Of a DNA stretch of 64,000 nt, positions 33,600 through 48,229 are shown piece by piece. The position numbers and the translations under genes are program-made. Where the stretch lies: the NCBI RefSeq assembly GCF_009914755.1, contig NC_060942.1; one strand, given 5' to 3'. The stretch is from the human T2T-CHM13v2.0 reference genome, Homo sapiens. The notes below the pieces were generated by a model, which was not told where the DNA came from, made no database searches, and saw only the letters and a list, made by a program, of their open reading frames with translations. Numbering within the stretch: the first letter of the stretch is position 1; the number at the start of each line of letters is the position of its first letter.

Positions 33600-33730
33600 C
33601 ATTGTCAAATAATTTGTCATTATCTCAACTTTAGAGACAAGGAAACTAAGCTTAAAATAGTTTAGTTACTTGGCTCAACTAGTAAATAGAAGAGCTGGGA
33701 TTTGACCCAATTCTAATGATTTCCAAAGGC
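33600..33730 (-). mobile_element. MIR fragment
   Basis: ttagagacaaggaaactaagc...gagctgggatttgaccc. Confidence 0.65.
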
Positions 33731-33908
33731 AACAATTTATAATAATACATGTAATAAAAATATTATAAGATATTGAATGAATTGAATATTATTTTTAAAA
33801 ATGAACTAAAAATCTAAAATAACCAGAATAGCCATTTGTTGTCATTGTTTTCCCATCCAGAATTTAACATCTGCTACACAGTTGTAATTATAGTAGATGC
33901 CCATTTAA

Positions 33909-34214
<306 letters not shown>

Positions 34215-34803
34215 AAACAAAAAATGTAGATTTTAAACAAAAATCTAATATTAAAAATTTACTGTTCCATCTTTATGCATTTACTTTCAGTATTACCTCA
34301 GGACGGATTCCCCACAGTGAAAGTTTCAGTTCAAGAGATATTAAACACTTTTATGTTTCCCATACATACATATTGACAAATTGACTTTCAAATATTTGTT
34401 CCAATTTACCTCAACCTCATTGCAAACGCTATTTCTTTGTTGCTGTCCCATCATTATTTACCTTCACAAATTTTTTTAATGAGCTGCCTTTTTCTACTAT
34501 TAGTTCATCTTAAATTACAGAATATGAGAGATGAGGCTTAAAAATAGACCAAAAGTCTTTATTGTTGTCTCTGAGTCTAACCTGAGGAAGAATGTAAAAG
34601 AGCTAGCAGAAAGATAATGTGATTTTGAGCTTCTCACAAAATTATAAGCTAATTCCAGTAGGCTGAGTCCTTAATGTGTTAAATAATACCAAGAACACCA
34701 AGCTAGGAACATGGTTCACAACATCATGGTTACTCATATGTAAAGGGAAAAATCAAGTGTTGCTGTCAGTTTTTCATGGCATTATTTTAAAAATATGGTT
34801 TCT

Positions 34804-35052
34804 GCATGCTCTCACTGATAAGCGGGAGCTAAATGATGAGAACACATGGACATGTAGGGAGAACAACACACACTGGGGCCTATTGGAGGGTGGAGGGTTG
34901 GAGAGGGGAGAGGATCAGGACAAATACCCAATGAGCACTAGCTTAATACCTGGGTGATGAAATAATCTATACAACAAGCCCCCATGACACGACTTTACCT
35001 GTATAACAAACCTGCACATGCACCCCTGACATACAAGTTAAATTAAAAAAAT
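34804..35052 (+). mobile_element. Old L1PA (L1PA13-16-like) 3' end
   Basis: gggagctaaatgatgagaacacatggac...cttaatacctgggtgatgaaataatct...aacaaacctgcacatg; approximate TSD aatatgKtttct. Confidence 0.9.
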
Positions 35053-35705
35053 AATAATATGTTTTCTTTTTAAGTGAATGACAAGGATATGAAATGGCCT
35101 AAGACTTTGGTATATTAAGAACAATTTTTTAAAAAAAGATCCTTAGTTGGTAAAGAAGAAAATAAGAGGACATGATACTCTTAAAAAATTAAAAATATGT
35201 TATTCAGCTCCGAGTGATAGAACTAGAAACAACACAGTTGAAATTTAATTAATTTGAGGTCAGTATGATGAAGAACTTTCTAACAAGTCAAACCAAATAG
35301 AAGAGCGGTGAGAGCTCATGGATTTTTGGTCATTTTATTAAAAATTCTGTGGAGTTCCTGATGAAAGGTTAAATTTGGTAAACATAGTTTTCATAACCAT
35401 GCTGCTCTGTGCTGTTATAACTTTTCTTAATAATATATGCAATAATGTCTCAAAAGTTAGTCTACATTAGAATCCTATGTCTGCATGCAACATAAATAAT
35501 ACCTGATTTAATAAAGGTGATAATAATACTGTTCTGCAAAATTGTATTTCAAGAATGTTATTGCCATTTATTTGCCTCTGACTTTAAAACTTTCATTGTA
35601 TTATTAAAAGCAAAGTAATATAAGAGATATTGGCATTAGTTTTGGATTTTCTGTAATAAAAAATGGTAAATAACATTTTTTGGAGAGGTTTATTGTATTT
35701 CTTGA

Positions 35706-36034
<329 letters not shown>

Positions 36035-37444
36035 TAATTGTCTCTCAATAAATGTAATATGATTTAAAGTTCTTTTTACACATTGCTTTTTTTTTTTTTG
36101 AAACATCCTAGTAATGGATTTTTTATTCCAGGTTGCAAGAAAGTGTTCTAAAATCCGTATTTTCTCCAGAGCAAAATCATTTATTTGCTTTCTTATTAGA
36201 TATCACATCTATTTCATGGTTGACTAAAAAGTAGTAATTATTATAGATCACTCACATCATTTATTTTGATAAATTATTTTGTTATTCACATGGCAAATTA
36301 ATTGTTAAAGTAAAAATAAAAACCCAGTTAAGTGGGCATATAGTTATTTGAAACACTGGATAGGAAAGGAGAAAGTGGGATTGATGTTTCTTTAGCAGGT
36401 AGGCCAGAGGCAAGGGGGCTGAATATTATTAATGTATGTTCTAAAGTTTACTGCACTTTGAATAACTGACTTTGAAAAATGACTCTTGAGACTTAGAGCA
36501 TATTGTGTTTTAGGCAAAAGCACCTTTGAAGGCACAGGTGGGAAGTTCATGGTACTTATCAGTGAGAAAGCAAATTCTGTTCTAGTGGCCCCATAAATCA
36601 TATAAAACAAAGTGATGAACTTATTTTTACTATGGATCACTTTTTGGTAAGTACATGCTTCAGTTTCCTCATAATCCTTTAGGCATGCAAACTGAAAATG
36701 GCTGAACAAACGGAGTGGCCCATATAAGGAAGCAACCTACCTAATTACATAGCCATCTAACTCTGAGGGTCTCCAGTAGGTTCCTAACACACTGGCTAAA
36801 CAAGAATAGCACAGATGGGAACTGATTTTTGATCATGATAACAATAGTTTCCTCAAAATTTAGCCGACATATCTTTTTCCTAGAGGAAGTGTCTAATTCC
36901 CCTACACATGCCTTACAATTACCAACAGCAGGATGGTGATATTTTATAATTGTCAATTCTATCCTTAGTACAATCATAATTTTATTATTTCCATGTCTCC
37001 ATATTATTCAATCATGAATCCATTTTAAAGTGATTTTACTCATAGTCTGATTTATTTTGATTTAATTATGGTAGATTGAGTTCTTAATTTGTTAAAGAAT
37101 ATACAGAACAACAAGCTCTGAACATGGTTCATAGTAGTTACTTATTACATAAAGAGTAACTTAGCTGCCTTTTGTTGTTTTTGAAAATTAATTGTTGAAG
37201 TCTCCAAGTTCCTAAATCTTCAGTCAGCTGGAGCAAAACAAAAGCTCTTCTTTCAAAAGACTAGAGGAAAAAATGTGAGTGACATAAATGTCCCTTTACT
37301 CCCAAACCCAATCCTGATCTCATTCATGGACCAGTTAGGTTTCCTGGGACTTTCAAAGGGGATGGATTCTTTCTAAAATTGATGTAGACTAGACATCCAG
37401 TTTTAAAATGGGGAGTTAAAAAAGAAAAAGAAATGAAAGGCAAC

Positions 37445-37808
37445 TGATTTGGTTTGGCTGTGTCCCCACCCAAATCTCATCTCAAATTGTAGCTCCCATA
37501 ATCCCCATGTGTTGAGGGAGGGACCCAGTGGGAGGTAACTGAATTATGGGGGTGGGTTTTCCCATGCTGTTCTGGTGATAGGGAATAATTCTCATGAGAT
37601 CTGATGGTTTTATAAAAGGGTGTTCCCCTGCACAGGCACTCTTGCCTACCACCATGTGAGACATGGCTTTGCTCCTCCTTTGCCTTCCACCATGATTGTG
37701 AGGCCTCCCCAGTCAAGTGGAACTGTGAGTCCATTAAACCTCTTTTTCTTTATAAATTACCCAGTTTCTGGTATGTCTTTATTAGCAAAGTGAGAAAGGA
37801 CTAACACA
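37445..37808 (+). mobile_element. THE1C/D solo LTR
   Basis: tgatttggtttggctgtgtccccacccaaatctcatc...ccattaaacctctttt...ggactaacaca; TG...CA termini. Confidence 0.95.
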
Positions 37809-38223
37809 ATAACAAAGCAACTGCTTTTTTCTTGATTCCCAGAGGTGTTATTTCCTGGTTTCATTGGTGTATATGTTGTCTGGGTTCCTATCAGAGCATT
37901 TCTTGTGAATGAAAGGTATACCTCTGTATGTTTGTGGCTGAGGCAGGAATGCCGTCAGGTGTTAGTTATGGCCAAAAGTCTCTTGCTATATTTTGGTAAC
38001 AGCAAGAGAGACAGCTGTTTTAGAAGTTAGAGATGTAAATAATGGATCAATCCTGTAACCTTATATTTTTAAAGCATCTTGAAACAATCTTAGGACTCCA
38101 TTTTGACTACTTAATTAAGGATTTTACTTGCTACGCCTATTATGTTTTTCCATTTCATTAGACCCTTCTGTGGCTTTCCATCCTCCAACAAATGATGTCC
38201 AAACACTTGAGAATGGCTTAGAC

Positions 38224-38406
38224 CAGTGGTTCTCGAGATTTAGCATGCAATGGAATCACTGGAGAACTTTGAAAATAGACTGTTTGGCTCCATGCTCGGT
38301 TTCTGATTCAGTAGGTTTGAGATGAGGCCTGAGAATTTGCACATCTTAAAAGTTCCCAGATGGTGTCAATGCTGCTGGTCCAGGGACCACACTTGGAGAA
38401 CCACTG
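38224..38406. mobile_element. MER5A hAT-Charlie MITE
   Basis: Intact TIRs cagtggttctc / gagaaccactg; ttctgattcagtagg core. Confidence 0.92.
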
Positions 38407-38794
38407 GCATCAAACAGTTTCCATGATCAGGCCAAGGTTAGCTCAATCTGCAGCCACTTCCTTATGCTCAAGTGTGTTTAACACACTATCTGCAGTTCCC
38501 GAAATGTGAGTATTCTTTCATGCCCCTCTGGTCCACCTCCTGCCTTTAAGGAACTTTTGGCTGAAATCTTCTCTATGAAGTCTTCTCTGACCTCCCAAGG
38601 TCTCTTTTGGGCCTCTCTCTTGCTGTTTCCCCAGGCTTTTATCACAGGGTTTATCGTTAGTTGATAGTGAGTTCCTCGAAGGTCCTAATCTTATTCTGTT
38701 CATTTTTACTTAGTTCTTGCAACTGAGTTTGGGGCTTCCTTGGAAGAATAGAAGTGACTTGTTAGATTCATAAGTTTTTCCTTGATTTTATCTG

Positions 38795-39030
38795 CTGTGA
38801 TGTAGTGGTTACAAACTAATACTTTGGAACCAAAAGGCCTTAATTTAAATCTATTTTGCAGTTTTCTAAGTATAAGCAAGTTACTTAGCTTTTTTGAGCC
38901 TGAGTTTTCATGTCTGTATAAGTATTATACCAATAATCTATTCCTTGTAGTTTTGTTGTGAGTATTAAATGAGTTAAAACACACAAAGATCTTAGAACTG
39001 TGGGTATCTGGCAAGAATGTCAGCAATACA
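38795..39030 (+). mobile_element. MIR
   Basis: gtagtggtta...agcaagttacttagc...ttgttgtgagtattaaatgag. Confidence 0.85.
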
Positions 39031-39264
39031 TAAATATGTGAAACTTCTATCTCTAAACTATAATGTCCACAAGGGCAGTGATTTATGCTTAAATAATATT
39101 TGTTAATCAGTGAATGACAAGTGGTTGAGAAGGCTTGGAGATGGCCTCACTAACTTGGATCAAACTGTGAGGAAACTTTCAGTTGAAATATTGTCAGCAA
39201 AATCTCTATCAATATAATGATCTTTTTCTTGTTGACTATACAGTGCTTACATTTGTTAAAATGG

Positions 39265-40110
39265 CCTTTATTTTATAGAAGTTTTATGTTTATAGAAAAA
39301 TTAAGCAGAAAGTACAGTTTCCTTGTTTTCCTTCCCCAGCATGTACTTTCTCCTCTTATTGACCTCTTCCATTAGTATGGTATATTTGCTATGACTGATG
39401 AACTAATACTAACACATATTATCTAAAGTCTATAGGTTAGATTAAGGTTCACTCTTTGTGTTGCACAGTTCTGTGAATATTGACAAGTGTATAATATCAC
39501 GTATGCACCATTCATTTTATATGGAATGCTTTCACCACCTTAAAAATGCCTTTTGCTCCAGTCTTCCCTTCTCACCAACCGTGCCCCCCCACCGAAACTC
39601 CGACAACCACTGATATTTTTAACCGTCTCTATAATTTTGTCTTTTCTAGAATGCCATACCCTTGGAATCATACAGTAGATAGCCTTTTTGAACCGGCTGC
39701 TTTTACTTAGTGATGTGTACCTCAGGTTCTTCCACATAGTTTCATGGCTTCTTAGCTCATTTCCTTTTATCACTGAATAATATTCCATTGCATAGATCAT
39801 ATCATGATTTGCTTATTCACCTATTGAGACTCATCTTGGTTGCTTCCAATTTTGACAATTATGAATAAAGCTGTTTTAAAAATCTGTCTGAAGGCTTTTG
39901 TGTGGCTAACTCATTTGGGTAAATACTTAGGAGCACAATTACTGGATCATATGGTAAACCTAAGTAGCTTTGTAAGGACCTGCCAAACTGTCTTCTAAAG
40001 AGGCCGTATTATTTTGGGGTCTCACGAGCAATGAGAGTTCCTGTTGCTCCACATTCTTACCAGCATTTGGTATCAATATTTTGGATATTAGATATTCTAA
40101 TAGGCACATA
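39265..40110 (-). mobile_element. L1MC-type 3' end
   Basis: tttatagaaaaattaagcagaaagtacag...ttggaatcatacagta...ctgaataatattccattg...gagagttcctgttgctccacat. Confidence 0.9.
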
Positions 40111-40429
40111 GATTTACATTTTAAAACATCTCCTTCCCGTAAATTTTCTCTTGATGCATTACTAGCCATGTGCTTATAAAGTGGTGGCATGCTAGATGAC
40201 ACACCAGAATGTCTGGGGCTGAGACTTTCCTAGGTTTCCAGCTGGAAACTAAATTCAAGAGAAACATGACAATCTAACTGCATAAAGTGAGCTGTGTGGC
40301 ATCGCTGACACAAAAACTACATAAAGAACACCCTGATTAATCTTGGGAATAGGGCAGCTCAGGCAGAGAACTGATCTTCGACCTAATCTCTTTTAAACTG
40401 TGTGGGGTTTCGTACTATCAATCTTCATA

Positions 40430-40600
40430 GCACAGCACAGGGAAAAGAGTGAGGCAGGAGACGAAGAACCTTGGGTTAATGTATCTGATTTGCCACTACT
40501 TAATCTGGTGACCTCAAGTGAGTCACTTAACCTCTAGACCCCAGAGAGAGTTGTACTATATGATTTATAAGATCCCTTTAAGCTTCACAATCCTATCATT
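40430..40600 (+). mobile_element. MIR fragment
   Basis: tgccactacttaatctggtgacctcaagtgagtcacttaacctct. Confidence 0.7.
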
Positions 40601-42218
40601 CTAAAATCGATCCTGCTACTGTGAAATTAGCACAGAACAAGGGAAAGAGAGTCCACGTGTCCCATGCTTTGAGGCAGACATTACGTTTCATCAAGCAGGA
40701 AACCCTCTTGAGTAAGTTGTCAGTCTTTGAAGAGGCTGAGATATGTGACGGGGTGGCCTAAGGTAAAGTTCTTTGGGGGAGATGTTAAAATTTTCAAAAA
40801 GGGGGATTGTGTGTTTTGACGACCCAAACATGGGGATCATAGGAAGCAGGGCATCTTTGACTGGGTTAGGCAATTTTTGATTAGCGGCAGCCATAGCAGC
40901 AGGGATTTTGGCAGAGGAGTGAAATACACCCATGTTAAGAGCCCCAGTTTATAGCAATGCTCTGTCACACTGAGACGTTTTTCAATTTTTTTTTCATTTA
41001 TAGATGAGGTTAGAGGGACTGCATCACAAGCAAATTTTAAACCAAATGGGGTGAGAAGGAATGCAGGAAAGAACAGGAAAAAGGAAAAATGACAGAAAAA
41101 AGGCATTATCAGACAGTGTGATTATACACGCTGTGGCTGCAGCTAAGTGCTTTTTTTAGGGGCCAGTGAAACCGCCTCTCTCCCTTTGAGACCAAAATGG
41201 CTGGCATGATATTGCTGGGACCAAAAAGGGATGTTTAACTTTAAGAAAATGAAAGGTATCTCTCGAACGTTTCTGTCATGCTTATATCTCCAGTTACATT
41301 CCCACAGGGCTAACTGGTCATTCTGCAAAGTCACTGGAAAGCAGGAAACCAAATAGTTGTAAGTGAAGCCAGATGATTTTTACCAACTCCCCTGGGTTGG
41401 AGAGTTGTCCTTAATGATAATCATTGGTTTTAATAACTCTAGTTTATGGGAGTCGAGGAACAGAACACCTGCCCATCCTGTAGGCTATTTTAATCTTTCT
41501 AAAATGACCCCCCTGAGCCTTTCTCAATGTCTTCAATGCAATATCATCTCTAACTACCTGTGCTGGTGACAGAACAAGTGAGGCCCCATCACAACGGAAA
41601 CAAAGCCGGGATTGGCAATCTTCCCACTGACGATCAAGACACAGAGGCAGTTGTACACCGTGTCATGACATTAAGGTGTCATGTTGCTGTATGTGTTTCT
41701 ATCAGTTCAGGGCCTAAATCCATTAAGAAATTGACCCCCTGGTCATGAATGACTCAGATACAAGAGAAGTTAATTTACTGTACACTTAAAATACTGGGAG
41801 GGTTGACTAGGTCAGCAAGGTATCCCTCTTCACACAGACTTTCTGGCTTTGGTGTTGGCGGGGGTGGGAGTAGAGGATGCTACCAATTTCAGAAATGGCT
41901 TCTAAGGTCACCCTGGGGGAACAGAGAGAGAAAACAGCTGGGGCAGAGGCACGTGGGGCATTTTATGAGGCAGAGCAAAAAGTGGCTTGCATCAGTTTTG
42001 TTCAGTCACATGCTCATAACCTAGAGACAAAATCTAGCCTCTACACTCGATTCAGAGCAACACTACATTATAGAAGAGAGGATATACACTTTTGCTGGAC
42101 ATTAACTGACCATAACAGTGCTGTGTAGGTCAGGGTAATTATAGATTGATGACGGATGGGACATCTCTAAGACTTTTGTTCCAGAAAGAAGGTAAACCTG
42201 GAACCATGTAAAATAGTC

Positions 42219-42365
42219 CTGGCAAGGTGGCTGATGCCTGTAATCCTAGTACTTTGGGAAGCCAAGGCAGGAGGATTACTTGAGCCCAGGGGTTTGAAAC
42301 CAGCCTTAGAAACACAGTGAGACCCTGTCTCTACTAAAAAATAAAAGAAATTTTTAAAAATAAAT
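42219..42365 (+). mobile_element. FLAM / free left Alu monomer
   Basis: ggtggctgatgcctgtaatcctag...ttgagcccagg...A tail; flanking aaaatag repeats. Confidence 0.88.
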
Positions 42366-43879
42366 AGGCAAAATAGCATGGCAAAACTTTCCTTATAAGG
42401 TTTTAGAGAAGATGCTTTATTGATATGTTTCCTTCCATGGCTGATGATATGAAACGCAGGAAGCCCAGCTCTGTTCTCCCCTCATCAGGTTCTTCCCATG
42501 GAGGACTGCATTTTACAATGAAATTGACTAGCCTCCCTGAGGCATTAGGGAGACACAGCCCAGCTGCGTCCTCTCACCCGTCCTCATCTTGGGCTTATCT
42601 TTTGCTCTGATTATTTACTGACAAAAGGAGTAGCCCATTGTGCTCAGATCTGGCTCAAAGGTGTTTCCTATTTTAGACATTTCTCTTTTTCTTCTTAGCC
42701 AAATTTTGATTTAGAAATTTGTACCAACTTTAACCCTTCTTACTTGTAGGAACTAATTTTCCCAATGATTTTTATCTTCAGTGAGACGCGAGACATTGAT
42801 GGTCACAGTTGGCTGATGAAAATCTCTGGCTCAGTGTTAGTGTGACTCCACGTGACATTGATTAGTCTTCCAAAATGAAACCTTCACTTTCTTCTTCAGA
42901 ACTCTCACTGCTTCCTTTGAAGGAGGTCATTTTTGTTAAAACAATAGCCAACAACAAGGTGTTAGGAACCAATAATACTTCCATGTTATCCTGCCCTGTT
43001 TTATAAGTTGTCCATAGACTAACTCAAAGGATCACATCCTTATACTGTTAACCAAGTGATTATCTCTGGGATTCTCTTTCTAGTTGCGGCCTCCATGGTG
43101 TGGCTAATGAATCGCATACCTTAGTATTTGCTTCTGCAAGTTTGTGCAGCAGTCCACAGTTGTCGAGGAAGGAGGAAGGTGCAGCATTAAGGTCAGTCCC
43201 GTTAAAAAGTGTCTGTGTCCTTGTCATGCAGCCCAGTTTTCTGGATCCTTGGTTTGCATCTATGGATAATAATCCCAGCTGCTGTGTGTTTGCATTTCAC
43301 GTTTTCTCAGAAACTGGAGAACAAGTGTTGGTCTTTCCTCTCCAATTTCCCCAGGGAAAATTTTCATTTCCCCTCCCCCCCCCACTTTTCTTCTTTGTTA
43401 TTTTCCTTAGTTTTCCTTCCAAGTACATATTCACTCTGCCCTTTCTCTGAATACCTGCATCTCCATTCCTTCAACATTTACACACCGTTTGTTATGTGTG
43501 ATATATTCTAATCTACAAAGATGAGTGCATTACTCGGGAATTTCAAAAGTTTTGGTAAGTAGTTTGAAAGATGTATTTTGTAGCCAGGGAAAATTTTGGT
43601 TACTGTTCAGATTTTAGCATCTAAAATGATTATATTTTTTATGAGGGTATCAAGGACTGTGATCCAATTTACTTTATCTCAGAAATGTGGAATATATGTT
43701 TCACCTTTGTAGAAAATTCAACTGTGTTCCTAATGATAATAAAATTTTTTTCCAATGAATAGAAATTTTATGGGTGCCATACAAGTTATTCTGTCAACTG
43801 ATTCATGATTTTCGCATACATTCCAAAACAGTTATTTTTTTATTTTGAAATACACATTCATATGGATGACAATATATAT

Positions 43880-44090
43880 TTTGGGTTCTGGAGTCAGAAG
43901 CATTTATTCGGTGATTTTTTTTTCAACTGTTACTAGTTGTGAATTAGAGAAAGTTTATTTAACCCGTCCCTTATTTTGCTAATCTATGCTTTGAGATGGT
44001 ATCTTCCTGGAGATGTAACAAGAAGTATATGAGATAATACGTATAAATATTTACAACAGTTTCTTAGTACATAGAATTTATGCTTAACAT
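43880..44090 (+). mobile_element. MIR
   Basis: ttctggagtcaga...ttactagttgtga...tatgagataatacgtataaa. Confidence 0.7.
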
Positions 44091-44471
44091 AGTATTTTAT
44101 TGTTAATAATATTGTTGTATAGTATTTGATTTCAATTTCATAAGAAAACATAAAAATTTAGTCAATATATTTTAAGAAAATCTGTACTATGTCTCATAAT
44201 ATTCCCTGAAGAATAAGTTTGAATTTTGTGTGGAATCACTGAAACTTATAAAATGGCTTACTTGAAAGGACAAAAGAAAAAATTACTGTTAGAAACAAAA
44301 TTCTTGACATTGCCTTCAGCTCTTGAAAGGCTATTAGGGTTGGAGTATTCAGTGGTAAAATACATTGCTTAAAAATTGGAAAAGAACTTGCAAATGTAGA
44401 AAGATAAAATCAAAAGGTCAGGAGTATATGTGGGAAATAAGACACAGCAAGGCAAAAACAAAAGCAACACA

Positions 44472-44618
44472 GGCTGGGGGTGGTGGCTCACACCTGTAAC
44501 TTCAACACTTTGGGAGGCTGAGGTGGTAGGATTGCTTGCACCCAGGGATTCAAGACGAGCCTGGGCAGCAGAGAGAGACCCCATCTCTACCAAAAAAAAA
44601 AAAAAAAAGAAAAGAAAA
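44472..44618 (+). mobile_element. FLAM / free left Alu monomer
   Basis: ggctgggggtggtggctcacacctgtaa...ccatctctacc + A tail; approximate TSD aaaagYaaYRcag. Confidence 0.9.
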
Positions 44619-45029
44619 AGTAATGCAGAAAAGTACAAGAAGGGGCCCAGAGTTACATGGCAGTTATCAAGTCTAAAATATTGAGCACGTTGTATGTGTT
44701 TTGCATTATGCTGATACCCAAGGGAAATACAGAGTATAAGCCTCTTTTTTTTTTTCTATTTAAGATCCATGCAATCCAGTTGAGAAGAAAAGTAATACAC
44801 CTAAAATCACAAACAAGACATTTTAGCACCCATTTTGGGGACTGCTCTTCCTTAACTCTTGGTGTTTTCAGTTTCTTCCTTACTTAAACCCTTTGCTGAA
44901 ACTGACACTGCTCACCATTCTGTCTTTAAATCCTGTATCTCTGGCTTCTGGATGCCATTTTGTTCCTGCCTCTTTTCTTAGCCCTTAGAATATTTATTTT
45001 CCAACTTGCCCTTTTATTCTGTATACAAC

Positions 45030-45730
45030 ACTCTAATAGATATTGACACCTGAACATCCCATAGTATCAGACAATGTGTTCAAATAGGGACCTGTCTCTC
45101 TCTGTAAACTGTCCACCTCTCTCACAGTATGACTCCTTAAGTGCCACCACCATCCATCCATCCATCTCAGCCAGCCATGCCCAATTCTTCCATCTCCTTT
45201 AGACCTCCAGAGTCCCAACGAGTCAGCAATTAGCTTATTTTTATTTCACTTCCTAAATTTTGCTGGAATCTTTTTTTCATACTTAATTACTTGTATCACT
45301 CAGGATCCAATCAGAGAGTAGAACCAGTGGGAGATATATTCCCTCTCCCTCCCCACTACTCTTTCTCACTGTCCCCCACACCTGCTTCTCCACCTCCCAT
45401 TTATTAAGAAAGAGATTTGTCACAGGGATCTGCTCTTCTGTGATTGTGGGAGCTGGTTGAACAGTCTCTGTAAGGCTGTTTGTTGTCTTTGCTTCTGATG
45501 CTAGAGATGGAATCCACTGTTGAGACCTCCAGTGCCACTGCCAGCTCCAAATCTCCATCACCTCTTGCTTGCAACATTGTTTGCTTGGTCTCTTTGCTTC
45601 TGCCTTTGCCCCAGTACCACTATTCTCACAGAGCATCCAATGATCCTTTTCTAATTGCAGTCTGATCACTTCATTTCTCTGCTCCTCAGATGTGTCCTCT
45701 TTCACTCACATTAAAAATCAAAGTACGTGC
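45030..45730 (+). mobile_element. L2 fragment interrupted by an MLT2-type LTR piece (45292-45505, minus strand)
   Basis: L2: ctctgctcctcaga..., ctgatcacttcatttctctg; LTR: tgtatcactcaggatccaatcagagagtagaaccagtgggagatatat. Confidence 0.7.
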
Positions 45731-46901
45731 ATCTAGGAGGCTCTATGGGGTGTTCTTAATCACTACATTAGGCTGCCAATATATTATGACAGCTGTGATA
45801 TATTTTATGGAGAAAATTAAAGCATGGTAGTGAAAACGGGGAATATGTGAGATAGTGTAGGTTGCCATTTTGGTAGAATGGCTTTCTACACAATGGTTTT
45901 CCTGCAGATTCTGATGGTAAGCTTCAGAGCTCCATGAAGCCATTTCTCTCCTTTGCCTCTTTTTTTTTTTTTTTTAACATTTTAAAACATTCCACTATTA
46001 TTTCATTTTGAAAACATAATTAACCTTGAGACAGATTTTCTTCTACTATTCAGATATCCATGGAGAAGAAGTGATTTTTTTGTGAAGTCTCGTATTCACC
46101 TATTTTCTAAATGAAAATTATTATTAAAAATTATTTATGTAAATAGCAAGTTGTATTTGAGGTTATGTTTGGCTTGCATTAATCCATGCTTGTCAGATGG
46201 AAATAATTGCACACCATTACTTTTAAAATGCAGTAGGAATAAATGTAGTTTGTAAAGTTATAGGGATAAATTGTAATCACATTTTCCCTAAATGCTCATC
46301 TCAGGATTATTCGCACACTTCGTTTCTTTAAACACACATCCTAATTCCAAAATAATTGGTTACAATGATCTTTTCTCCCTCCATATGCCTGTTCATAACG
46401 AGGTCTTCAAAGGGAAATAACCATGTGCATAAAATGTTTATTGTCATTGTTTGCATTTTATTGTTCAATAAATATTTGTTGCCAAAAAAAAAAAAAACTT
46501 ATCTTTTCTATTTCTCTTCACCTTCTCCTCAAAAATACTTACTAATATTAGGCAAACTTTCAGAAACAGAAGATTAAAAAACACATAAATAAAATTGGGA
46601 CAAATAAATGAATTGTCATTACACTGCATTTACTTTAAGAATTCTTAACCATTTATGATTTTTTAATATTTTATTTTCAATAATTTTAATATGCAGGATT
46701 TATTTCTATAATCCTCATAAATGACCTCTGAAGGATGAAGAAATTAGTAAAGAATTAAAAGTAATATATTGATAATAAAACATTTATAGTGTGAAATTGA
46801 TAAGTACATCTAAAAACAGTTTTGAAATCTCATTTAAAACAGATTAAGTTTTTGAGAAGACTCATAAAATACCCTGAAGATATTCAAATTAGAGAATAAG
46901 A

Positions 46902-47206
46902 TGCCAGGTGTGGTGGCTCATGCCTGTAATCCCAGCACTTTGGGAGGCTGAGGCAGGTGGATCACCTGATGTTGGGAGTTTGAGACCAGCCTGACCAACA
47001 CAGAGAAACCCCATCTCTACTAAAAATACAAAATTAGCCAGGCATGGTGGTGCATGCCTGAAATTCCAGCTACTCAGGAGGCTGAGGCAGGAGAATTGCT
47101 TGAATTTGGGAGGCGGAGGTTGTGGTGAGCCAAGGTTGCACCACTGCACTCCAGCCTGGGCAACAAGAGCGCAACTCTGTCTCAAAAAAAAAAAAAAAAA
47201 AAAAAA
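46902..47206 (+). mobile_element. AluSp-like
   Basis: cctgaccaacacagagaaacccc; ggcaacaagagcg; poly(A); approximate TSD gaataag. Confidence 0.94.
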
Positions 47207-47268
47207 GGAATAAGGAAGAAAAGCTACATAAAAGAAAAAGCTAAAGGTATGTAAGATATACAATTTTA

Positions 47269-47649
<381 letters not shown>

Positions 47650-48229
47650 TTAACTCAATGTTTTTATTGTGTTAGATCTTTAAGTTTTCAAAGTAAACTT
47701 ATTTGATTATATAATGTTCTACAGCAAACACATAATCAGGCAAACAAATATCTATTTGTTTAACCAAATGCATACACCAGAACGAAAACAAGTATCATAC
47801 TCTAAAACACGTTCAATGTTTCTTATTGGAAATGTTGTTGTGAAAATATTTTTCACAATCTTTTTCTTCAAGTCTCTGAATAAATAGGATATGATAATAG
47901 AAATTTTTTAAAATACATTTTTCTATTTCAGGTAGGTTTTATTTTTAAAAGAAAAGATGGTTTATATTAAAAAAACTATCCCTAACATGAAATCATGTCA
48001 GAGATATGAAATGACTTCAATAAAATACAGTCAAAAAGGTAATCTTTTATGGTAAGACAAAATCTAGACTTTCAGTTTCCATTAGGAGATATAAAGCTAG
48101 AAAGAGAGTCATTTCCACCCATACTACACGGAAAAAACAGACAAACTGTATGCAAATTAATGACTTTTATTGAACTCCTGAAAAAATTGGGGTCACAAAA
48201 CAAATGACTTGTTCAAACTCAGGAGAGAG